A stretch of 41,684 nt of DNA from a virus. Position 1 is the stretch's first letter. Each line of letters opens with the position of its first letter. Shown here one piece after another: positions 16,414 to 23,979 of this stretch. The notes below the pieces were generated by a model. It was not told the origin of the DNA, searched no databases, and was given only the letters and a program-made list of their open reading frames with translations. A program made the translations under genes and the position numbers. The stretch spans positions 1 through 41,684 of IMG/VR virus record IMGVR_UViG_3300014135_000001, one strand, 5' to 3'.

Positions 16414-17760
16414 TCATTTACCAGGGTTTTTGTACAAGCCACGGAAGTCGAGAGCTGTTGCATTGCAGTCCATAGCTACTTTGTACTCAATACCGTCGAC
16501 TTTAAAGCCTGTTTGTGTTTCCAATCGAGGTGTTTCAACACCGTTCAAGTACGTTACTTCGATAGTTTGAACATCTGTAGGACGAGCTGCTAAATACCAT
16601 GCATGTGGATCCGTTAACGCTGCATCTACGACAATAGTGAATCGACCACCAAATGGGTTAACTGTATCATTGCTACGAGCAGGGTCTACAGTAGATTTAA
16701 CCAATTGATAAGCCAATGCTTCGAGTTCTGGTGGAATAATCAAATACGTAGGTGCAATGTTCAAATTGCGATTTTCGCCAATATGCTTTTGACGGCGCAT
16801 TGCTGCTACACCTGCGGATAAGGATGCAACACTTAATTCAGCGCCAGTAGCTGCTAAGTTGCCTCTATCAGTACCGAATAGCGCTTTACCGTCACTCAAT
16901 ACGGTATTGCCTGTTAGCAACCCGTACACCATACTGTTAATGGTATCCTTTGCGGAACGGCCAAATTTAGAAGCGATATCTTTGAACACACCCAAATCAT
17001 CATTGATGATAGCTTGTCGTGTTAAGCTGAACGTACGACCGTATGTTAATACACGAACGTCGTTACCAGCTTCTTCCAACTTAGAATCCTTGAATTGTCC
17101 ACCTTCAGGAACTAACTTCAATTCAGCTGTTTCAGAAAGTAAAATACGTTTTGCCGGTTTGAAATCACGATTACTACCTTTGCCGGTCCAGGCATCGAAT
17201 GTAGCCGGTGCGGTTTCATAGCCTTGTACTAAGGATTTATTTGCTACGTTAGACAAAGCAATTGGGAATGTGGATGTGGAGTTAATCGCTTCACGTGCCA
17301 ATTCCAAACGGTCAGCATAGTTAGCGGTTAAGCCTTCACGAACTAAGGACTCGCGAGCTAATTCCATCAAGGACATAGAACGAAGTTCATTTGCGCCTGG
17401 TGCAGGGTTCGCAACAGGGATACCTGCAGACATCATCAAAGCATCTTGCATAGCCATGCGGAACTTATCAGAATCTACTTCACCAACTTTAACGGATACT
17501 GGTTTATTGCGTTCACGCAACGCATCCATTACTGCCTCACGAACTTCGGCAACAGATTTGCCAGATTTGATGAATTCATCTACACCGTCAACTTCGAAAT
17601 CACGGCATAGGCTAGTGATTGTGGATACACGTTCACGTTCTGCCGCAATCAATTTTTTAGCGTCATCCGCATTAAAACCTTTAACTCCGGACTCTGGTAC
17701 TTCCGGTACTACTTGTGGCACGTTTTGCTCAGTGCCTTTTGCGTTTGCATCACCTTTCAT
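16414..17760 (-). CDS. Possible nested in-frame product (scaffold-capsid without the protease)
   Basis: An internal ATG at 17760 (codon 182, MKGDANAK...) is preceded by GAGGAGGAA with 5-nt spacing. This resembles the lambda C/Nu3 nested arrangement. Confidence 0.4.
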   Translation of the reverse strand: MKGDANAKGTEQNVPQVVPEVPESGVKGFNADDAKKLIAAERERVSTITSLCRDFEVDGVDEFIKSGKSVAEVREAVMDALRERNKPVSVKVGEVDSDKFRMAMQDALMMSAGIPVANPAPGANELRSMSLMELARESLVREGLTANYADRLELAREAINSTSTFPIALSNVANKSLVQGYETAPATFDAWTGKGSNRDFKPAKRILLSETAELKLVPEGGQFKDSKLEEAGNDVRVLTYGRTFSLTRQAIINDDLGVFKDIASKFGRSAKDTINSMVYGLLTGNTVLSDGKALFGTDRGNLAATGAELSVASLSAGVAAMRRQKHIGENRNLNIAPTYLIIPPELEALAYQLVKSTVDPARSNDTVNPFGGRFTIVVDAALTDPHAWYLAARPTDVQTIEVTYLNGVETPRLETQTGFKVDGIEYKVAMDCNATALDFRGLYKNPGK

Positions 17761-18303
17761 AGGTTCCTCCTCATTATCATCTACACTTCTGCCTACCCCT
17801 ACACTTGGATCTGCAGGGACAGACACAATACTAATTTCCAACGGTTCCCAGTCTGTGATTACATAACCCGGACCAGTAAATCGACCGTTGGAACTTTTAG
17901 AATCGGAATCGATTAATTCCTCATATCGGCTTATGTCATATCCGACACTCACGCCCCGTAGTGTGCCTTTTAGCACTTTTTGATAAATCTTTTCAGACTC
18001 ATCGTCTTCATCGAATCGAACAATCGCCTTACCTCGATTATCTTCAACCCACACTTTATCAATGTGGCCAACAACGGCGCTGCGATTGTGATTGAATAAC
18101 AATGTGCCTAAACCGTTATTGAATCGGTCTAGATTAACGCATCCGTCGTCATGACACAATATCTCTGTTCCGAACCATCTTTCATATGGCTCTTCAGAGG
18201 AAAAGGACAATTCGACGGTACGATCATCGTTCGCTTCGATATTTGTAATTTGCGCCTCTCGGGCATATTTACCTAAGAGCTGCTTCTTTGCAAATTTCCC
18301 CAC
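16414..18303 (-). CDS. Prohead protease (S78 / HK97 gp4-like) - scaffold-like linker - major capsid protein, all in one ORF
   Basis: 629 aa. GTG start at 18303 (TAGTG overlap with the portal stop) behind AAAGGAGATGA. N-terminus LLFNHNRSAVVGHI...GTLRGVSVGY...VSVPADP is the protease. An acidic/helical linker follows. The C-terminal ~330 aa are capsid-like. Confidence 0.85.
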   Translation of the reverse strand: MGKFAKKQLLGKYAREAQITNIEANDDRTVELSFSSEEPYERWFGTEILCHDDGCVNLDRFNNGLGTLLFNHNRSAVVGHIDKVWVEDNRGKAIVRFDEDDESEKIYQKVLKGTLRGVSVGYDISRYEELIDSDSKSSNGRFTGPGYVITDWEPLEISIVSVPADPSVGVGRSVDDNEEEPMKGDANAKGTEQNVPQVVPEVPESGVKGFNADDAKKLIAAERERVSTITSLCRDFEVDGVDEFIKSGKSVAEVREAVMDALRERNKPVSVKVGEVDSDKFRMAMQDALMMSAGIPVANPAPGANELRSMSLMELARESLVREGLTANYADRLELAREAINSTSTFPIALSNVANKSLVQGYETAPATFDAWTGKGSNRDFKPAKRILLSETAELKLVPEGGQFKDSKLEEAGNDVRVLTYGRTFSLTRQAIINDDLGVFKDIASKFGRSAKDTINSMVYGLLTGNTVLSDGKALFGTDRGNLAATGAELSVASLSAGVAAMRRQKHIGENRNLNIAPTYLIIPPELEALAYQLVKSTVDPARSNDTVNPFGGRFTIVVDAALTDPHAWYLAARPTDVQTIEVTYLNGVETPRLETQTGFKVDGIEYKVAMDCNATALDFRGLYKNPGK

Positions 18304-19796
18304 TAGCTATCATCTCCTTTCATATCAGTGGTGGTATAATCCGCTAGATTCGTTATGTCCCCATTCATATCAAGGGCAACACCCAATTCCTTAATGCGGT
18401 CTTGCTCCAGCTTCCGCTGTTCAAGCACTTCTTCCCAGTCCTTACCAGATGCACTACATACGTCCTCGAGCGTTGTGAGTCCTGCTTTAATAGCTTCCTT
18501 GTTAGCATTAACTTCCTTAACTGGGTCAATCCAAGACCAGCCTGGAGCTAACCACGCCACTTTTTTATATAGTTTTGGGTTCGCTGCATAGTCATTGGCC
18601 GGGATAATTCCCTTTAGGTAGCACGCTTCAATAAAGGCACGCCATACAGGCATACAAAAATGTTCGATTATAAAACGCTGCATCTGCTTGAATGATTGCT
18701 GGTCCTCCAGCATATTCTGCCGAGCTGCGGAGAAGTTACCACTAATATTACGCGTCACTATGTCCGCGCTTAGACCCATGCCTGACGCTATGCGTCTTGT
18801 TTGAGTCGCCGAGTATTCTGATGCGGTTCCAGCATTCCGTTTAGGTTCCGCAAACGAAATAGATTCACCGGCACGTAGATGCTGGATAATCCCTGGTGCC
18901 ATTGAACGAACTTTCTTACCTTTGCCATCTGTTTTGTTGGCAATCATTGGGGTATTTCCAGTATTACTCGTCACAAACGCCCCGAAACATGCTGCTACAC
19001 GAGCCGCTATAAGGTCAGCATCCATGTATTCATCTACATCATGAATACGCTTTAATACGAGGGCTAACATACTAACCCCGCGCAGTTCGCTAGGCCTACG
19101 AGGCTTATGTAATAAAAACGCCCTATTACTTGGTAATCGTGCTTCATTAAACGACCGTATTCCTAATGGATCTGTTTGGAATACGTGATAGGCTATTGGT
19201 CTTCCGTATTTATTAACTTCCACGCCATTAACAATACTGTTGCCATTCTCGCTTACCGATACAGCTCCGATATTCTCGCCCTCGATAAGCTGTAATGATA
19301 GTGGTATATCTGCGCCTTCGGAGGTCATATTAATTAGGATTTCCCCGTCATAGACCATTCGGCGTAGAGCCATTTCCTGCAATTCATAGAACGTAGATAT
19401 TCCTCGGATATCCGCATTCTCTTTATCCACCCAATCAGCCCAAGCCTCCTCAATTTTCTTGTTGAGTCTTTCATTTAGCTTTCCTGCGCGGGTCTTGATT
19501 TTGCACTGTGGCTTTATTCCGGTACCTACTACGTTCCGTAGTAATGCCAATACAACACTTTCAGCGAGGTCACTATTAAGTTCTGCTGCACGTGCACGAC
19601 CTCGGATCAAATCACGTTGGCCTGATGCTACTTGTTCAGCTGTACCAAATACTGGCATCCAGTCGCCACTCAATCGGTCTGTTGACGCCGCATCATATCC
19701 ACGTTCAAGCGAACTACGGAAATATGCTCTACGGGCAGCGCGCTCTGGATTGAAATAAGCTATTACCTTATCGAGTATGTTCATCGTCGCTCCCAT
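18303..19796 (-). CDS. Portal protein, lambda (gpB) family
   Basis: 497 aa, located between the gpW-like and protease-capsid genes. An alternative start at ATG 19784 makes an ATGA overlap with the gpW stop. Confidence 0.85.
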   Translation of the reverse strand: MGATMNILDKVIAYFNPERAARRAYFRSSLERGYDAASTDRLSGDWMPVFGTAEQVASGQRDLIRGRARAAELNSDLAESVVLALLRNVVGTGIKPQCKIKTRAGKLNERLNKKIEEAWADWVDKENADIRGISTFYELQEMALRRMVYDGEILINMTSEGADIPLSLQLIEGENIGAVSVSENGNSIVNGVEVNKYGRPIAYHVFQTDPLGIRSFNEARLPSNRAFLLHKPRRPSELRGVSMLALVLKRIHDVDEYMDADLIAARVAACFGAFVTSNTGNTPMIANKTDGKGKKVRSMAPGIIQHLRAGESISFAEPKRNAGTASEYSATQTRRIASGMGLSADIVTRNISGNFSAARQNMLEDQQSFKQMQRFIIEHFCMPVWRAFIEACYLKGIIPANDYAANPKLYKKVAWLAPGWSWIDPVKEVNANKEAIKAGLTTLEDVCSASGKDWEEVLEQRKLEQDRIKELGVALDMNGDITNLADYTTTDMKGDDS

Positions 19797-19987
19797 GACA
19801 CGTAGGATGTCGTGCTATTACCTTCCTCATCATCAACGCGAGCCATTAACTCACGCTCACGGGCGTATAATGTCGGCAGGTCATGCGTCTTAAATCGCTT
19901 ACCACCTACAGACATCTCGGCGTATCCGTTCGTCTCAATTTCCTCGATTATCGTTCGAATACGCTCCAAGTCTTCTCTTGCGCTCAT
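19781..19987 (-). CDS. Head-tail joining protein gpW-like
   Basis: 68 aa, between terL and the portal as in lambda. Helical and acidic. Confidence 0.7.
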   Translation of the reverse strand: MSAREDLERIRTIIEEIETNGYAEMSVGGKRFKTHDLPTLYARERELMARVDDEEGNSTTSYVSWERR

Positions 19988-20002
19988 GGTCTCACCTCCT
20001 TC

Positions 20003-21886
20003 TTAGCTAAACCAACCTCTGCTATCTGCATTAAAGTCTTCATCATCCGTATCTTCGTCCTCCTCATCGGTATCCGGATTATATTCAGGTAAGTATTTAA
20101 CACCTACTGAGTCCGCCACCATAGCGTTGTATACACACGTATCCAACAAGTGATTTGTTGGATGACTGGTTAATGGCTTCCATTGCACTGTAACTGCACC
20201 GGTCTTCACGTTTCGGATTTCTTGCTTTTCCTCCGACCGGAGGTGTTCTGAATATTCATCAGGGCAATCCTTAAATAGATGGATTGTACCATCCTCATTG
20301 GCCGGCCGTACCATACGTGCAAATATAAAGTCCTTCCAGTAATCGGTATTCACTACGTACAGCTTCATGCCTCCGATAACGCCCTTCTCGATGCTGCTCA
20401 TCTTATACGGCGGCGCTAGAGGACTATGCGACGAATCACCTTTAACTGGCACACATACTTCTGGGTACTGCGCACAGTACTGATATACTTCGTCTGTTCG
20501 GTAGCCGCTATCGATACCGGCCCTCACAATCTTACGGGCCTCACCATACTCTGATGGATATTCTCTATCAATGAGTATCTCGGTTAAGTCTGCCCAACTA
20601 CTTGCTTGACCATAATCAACTAAGTAGCTTGATACGCCATGAGCGTAGGCTCTAACCTCCCACCAGAAATGATCTTGCTGCACATCGACAGACGCAATGA
20701 GCAGTGGTGCGTGTTGCGGCACAATACCGCGAGGAACTTCTGATTGCGTAAACACGAGGTTCTGTGTGCTTTTAGTTTTCGCAGATTTCCAAGGCTCCGC
20801 TAGCCACGAGTTGATAAAGTTCATCAACTCACTTGGCTTATCCTTTGATTTAACAAACTCATACGCTACATCCCCGAATGTGACCCATGGAGAATAAAGG
20901 GATGACAGATGATAGGCTACCGACCGGACGACTCGGACTTGTGATTCATTCACCGTCCGCCATTCGCCTTGCCGGAGCATATCCATCTTGTGCTTATCAT
21001 CAATACGGTGCTTACAATGTTCGCACTCATAATATGCGGTATCACGTATCATATCCGCATTGCCATGGTGTTCCTCCGGCCATTTTATCTGTTTGAATTT
21101 GAGGGTCTGCGACACCCCGCAATGCGGACATGGCACGAAATACTGCTTACGTTCATTTGCGTCCATATATGACTGCCAAATATTGCCACTTTCAATCGTA
21201 GGAGTTGACACCCTTACAATCTTCTTATCAACGAATGTCTTTGTACGTTCCTCAGCCAACTTAATCGGATTCGCTTCCTTACCGGAGAAAGCTGGATACT
21301 TATCAATTTCATCGAAGAATAAGTACTTAATTGACCGACTTGATAAGCTGCTTGGTGAGTTCGCCCCAACAAGCACCATGTAGTTCCCATTAACGAAGTC
21401 TAACTCCAGCAGCTTACTGCCTTCGTCATATATATTCGCAAGCGGCTCTACACTCCTAATCATCGGTTGCACACGTTTATCACTAGCGAATTTCGCGATA
21501 GTATCCGTCGGATACACCATCATGACTGGTGATGCAGTTTGATGTAACGCATATCCGATCATATTGAGTTCGGCTTCCGTCTTACCTATCTGCGCCCCGA
21601 AACATAACGAGATGCTTTCAATAAGAGGGTCCGTGAATTTATCCATAAGCTCCTTGAGATAAGGTGTCCGCGCTGTACGCCATCGCCCAGGTTCAGCAGA
21701 TATATTGGTCAGTACCCTGTACCTATCCGCCCATTCTGAAACGGTGTATCTTTCAGGTGGCTTGAATGCTTCCAGTTCCTCGGGGAACCAGTCAACCTTT
21801 GGTCTTTGCTTTTCCCGCGGCTTTAACTTTCGGCGTGTACTCGCCTTCGCGTGCATAGCTTTCGAGGTATTCTTCGACAAGGCCAT
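20003..21886 (-). CDS. terL: Terminase large subunit, GpA (lambda) family
   Basis: 627 aa. SD AAGGTGGTGA. ..PPERYTVSEWADRYRVL...RWRTARTPYLKELMD...GAQIGKTE (Walker A-like)..FFDEID (Walker B). Zinc-ribbon-like CPHCG..CEHCKH. Confidence 0.9.
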   Translation of the reverse strand: MALSKNTSKAMHAKASTRRKLKPREKQRPKVDWFPEELEAFKPPERYTVSEWADRYRVLTNISAEPGRWRTARTPYLKELMDKFTDPLIESISLCFGAQIGKTEAELNMIGYALHQTASPVMMVYPTDTIAKFASDKRVQPMIRSVEPLANIYDEGSKLLELDFVNGNYMVLVGANSPSSLSSRSIKYLFFDEIDKYPAFSGKEANPIKLAEERTKTFVDKKIVRVSTPTIESGNIWQSYMDANERKQYFVPCPHCGVSQTLKFKQIKWPEEHHGNADMIRDTAYYECEHCKHRIDDKHKMDMLRQGEWRTVNESQVRVVRSVAYHLSSLYSPWVTFGDVAYEFVKSKDKPSELMNFINSWLAEPWKSAKTKSTQNLVFTQSEVPRGIVPQHAPLLIASVDVQQDHFWWEVRAYAHGVSSYLVDYGQASSWADLTEILIDREYPSEYGEARKIVRAGIDSGYRTDEVYQYCAQYPEVCVPVKGDSSHSPLAPPYKMSSIEKGVIGGMKLYVVNTDYWKDFIFARMVRPANEDGTIHLFKDCPDEYSEHLRSEEKQEIRNVKTGAVTVQWKPLTSHPTNHLLDTCVYNAMVADSVGVKYLPEYNPDTDEEDEDTDDEDFNADSRGWFS

Positions 21887-22328
21887 TCACCACCTTTTCT
21901 ACACGAGCACGTTCCTCAGGATCCGTGAACTCACTTCCGATACGCTTACCTAATTTGGTAAATGATGTCTTTAATTCCAATATTCGGTTAGCCCATGCCT
22001 GTGCCACATCGGCACGAGGGACGTATTCGCCATTAAGCACATCTAGCATTTTCTTTTCTCTTGCAGCCTTTGCTTCTTTATAATCTGCTTCGGCTTCTAA
22101 CTTACGAGTTGATGCAGATTTGCTTTTAGCGTTATCACCTTTCGCCTGCCCTAAATATACGAGGACTTCCCGGAGATTCCACCAACCTACAGAGGCCTTA
22201 GGCATCCCTGCTTTATGATGTCGAGAGATAATTTCCGGAGTGACCCGCAAGAGGTCACATAGTTGAGTGCTGGATACGAGCAGATTGCCCGCAGCATCAA
22301 ATTTCACTCTGGGTTTTGTGTCCGCCAT
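21792..22328 (-). CDS. terS: Terminase small subunit, Nu1-like winged HTH
   Basis: 178 aa. N-terminus VSSTQLCDLLRVTPEIISRHHKAGMPKASVGWWNLREVLVYL, then a coiled coil. Immediately upstream of terL with overlap. Confidence 0.8.
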   Translation of the reverse strand: MADTKPRVKFDAAGNLLVSSTQLCDLLRVTPEIISRHHKAGMPKASVGWWNLREVLVYLGQAKGDNAKSKSASTRKLEAEADYKEAKAAREKKMLDVLNGEYVPRADVAQAWANRILELKTSFTKLGKRIGSEFTDPEERARVEKVVNGLVEEYLESYAREGEYTPKVKAAGKAKTKG

Positions 22329-22396
22329 AGGTGTACTCCTTTCTTAAATCGTCTTTCTACATTCAACAGGAAAATTTTCCTCACAGAGAGAGGACC

Positions 22397-22440
22397 ATCG
22401 CGCGGGGGCGACCAGCGGCCATTTTTCGCCCGCGGAGTAC
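22397..22440. other. Candidate cos site region
   Basis: An isolated GC-rich block, atcgCGCGGGGGCGACCAGCGGCCatttttCGCCCGCGG, in an AT-rich gap just upstream of terS. It contains GGCGACC, as in the lambda cohesive end GGGCGGCGACCT. A 14-bp palindrome AGGAAAATTTTCCT lies at 22368..22381. Confidence 0.45.
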
Positions 22441-22490
22441 CTTTTTCCAATTTTCATTTTCTCAATTAGGAATTATCATTGATACTCAAT

Positions 22491-22526
22491 AAAAAAAAGG
22501 TAGACCTCAACTAAGTAAGGTCTACC
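22491..22526 (-). terminator. Rho-independent terminator after the early/middle operon
   Basis: Stem GGTAGACC (22499..22506) / GGTCTACC (22519..22526) with a 12-nt loop. On the minus strand it is followed by 8 T (complement of 22491..22498). Confidence 0.85.
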
Positions 22527-22619
22527 CCGGGGCAGTGCAGCAGGCAGACATATTGTGCGGGCCAGACACTGCCTGCTATCTACTACACTTACATTATATT
22601 AAATTAAGAGTGTGCCATT

Positions 22620-23006
22620 CTATGCCATCTTTTCAAATTCAGCGATTGCTTTCTTGTGAAGTCTGTGAACTTGTCGCCACGAATACCCTAGTTCGACAGC
22701 TATCTGCTCCCATGGCAATGCATTAATGTATCTGAGATTCAATACATCCCTGTATTGTCCGTCAGTTATTTGGTTGATGACTTGCTTGACCTTGTTTCGA
22801 GAATCAATCAATTCATCCCATTCTCTGTTCAGCTCCGCCCTACATTCTTGTAAGTGCTTACTGATTCGTGGCATAGCATCTCCTGATTCACACATCTGTA
22901 TAGCTTCTGAATGTAAATCTCGGTTAATCGCACTTAGCTGAATCTCTAACGCACGCATTCGCTGCTCAGTATGGCGGACAGCTTGTAATTCTTCTATATC
23001 CATCAT
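22620..23006 (-). CDS. Late-gene transcriptional activator, sigma-70 region-4-like (DUF1492 / ArpU-RinA-type)
   Basis: 128 aa. C-terminus QYRDVLNLRYINALPWEQIAVELGYSWRQVHRLHKKAIAEFEKM is a region-4 HTH. It is the last gene before the terminator, cos and terS. Confidence 0.7.
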   Translation of the reverse strand: MMDIEELQAVRHTEQRMRALEIQLSAINRDLHSEAIQMCESGDAMPRISKHLQECRAELNREWDELIDSRNKVKQVINQITDGQYRDVLNLRYINALPWEQIAVELGYSWRQVHRLHKKAIAEFEKMA

Positions 23007-23197
23007 ATGTGATAGTCCCCATATTTACTGATAATCATCTGTGCTCGTAGTAATCCGTCAATGTATCCGCTTTCACGAATTCTATCATCTAGCATAGGTG
23101 ATCTCAGTTGTCTATTCCGGGCTCGTATGATGGCAAGTCTTAAATCTGACTGTATGGCACCTACAATCACATCTGTCCTGCTTCTACGCTTTTGCAT
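23003..23197 (-). CDS. Hypothetical small basic protein
   Basis: 64 aa. SD GGAGG, 6 nt upstream of ATG 23197. Confidence 0.65.
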   Translation of the reverse strand: MQKRRSRTDVIVGAIQSDLRLAIIRARNRQLRSPMLDDRIRESGYIDGLLRAQMIISKYGDYHI

Positions 23198-23438
23198 CCT
23201 TTACCTCCATACGTTCGACAATATCCTCGATGGCTTCTACCATATCTGCTTTGCATTGCTCGACAGCAGTGAACATCTCCTCACACATGGCGTATGCATC
23301 ATCACTCAGGTCATCATCTAATCTCTCGGCAACATTATCTTTGAGATTATCTACAACATTAACTGTATCCATGACAAGATGATACGTATCATCTAGATAA
23401 TGCCCTTTGTTAATTAGTAGACGCTCGACTTTTGTCAT
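23184..23438 (-). CDS. Hypothetical strongly acidic protein
   Basis: Start at ATG 23438 behind AGAGGGAA. 84 aa, of which about a quarter are Asp/Glu. Confidence 0.65.
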   Translation of the reverse strand: MTKVERLLINKGHYLDDTYHLVMDTVNVVDNLKDNVAERLDDDLSDDAYAMCEEMFTAVEQCKADMVEAIEDIVERMEVKDAKA

Positions 23439-23979
23439 GCTGTTCCCTCTTTTCGATTTCACGATTTAGATACCAACGGGCTTTTTTCAAATCCTTAATA
23501 GCATCGTCCTTATGACCAGCTCTGGATACATACTTCACAACATTACCTAATCGATATCCTAGTTTCTTGTCTTCGATGTAATCGATAACCTCGATATCGC
23601 CTTGTGTATAATGACTAGGATGGTTGATATCATCACATTGCTTATCTATGTGTCTAGGAGGTTCAGGAGGTCTGGGAGGTCTATGAGGTCTATCTAGTAT
23701 ATTTCTTCCCATATTTATACCAAATCGATTCGTTGCTTCTCCGAAACGTCTCAATTCTTCATTCGCTATGTAACGACTTAGCTCTTCACTAGCTGATAGC
23801 CTAGTAGGTGGCGGCGGGGGATTATTTGGTCGCTCATACAATCTACCTGGGGTTAACCCATATACAGTCTTGTATTTTCGTTTATCAACGATTTCCATAA
23901 CTTGAATAATCGTGTAACACACTATTATTACAATAGCTCCGATTAATCCCGCCATTATAAACTGGTCCATATTAATCAT
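23410..23979 (-). CDS. Membrane-anchored, proline-rich protein with a C-terminal DUF3310-like domain
   Basis: 189 aa. TM FIMAGLIGAIVIIVCYTIIQV. PNNPPPPPT and RPHRPPRPPEPP tracts. C-terminus NHPSHYTQGDIEVIDYI...GNVVKYVSRAGHK..DLKKARWYL matches the DUF3310 signature as recalled. Confidence 0.75.
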   Translation of the reverse strand: MINMDQFIMAGLIGAIVIIVCYTIIQVMEIVDKRKYKTVYGLTPGRLYERPNNPPPPPTRLSASEELSRYIANEELRRFGEATNRFGINMGRNILDRPHRPPRPPEPPRHIDKQCDDINHPSHYTQGDIEVIDYIEDKKLGYRLGNVVKYVSRAGHKDDAIKDLKKARWYLNREIEKREQHDKSRASTN

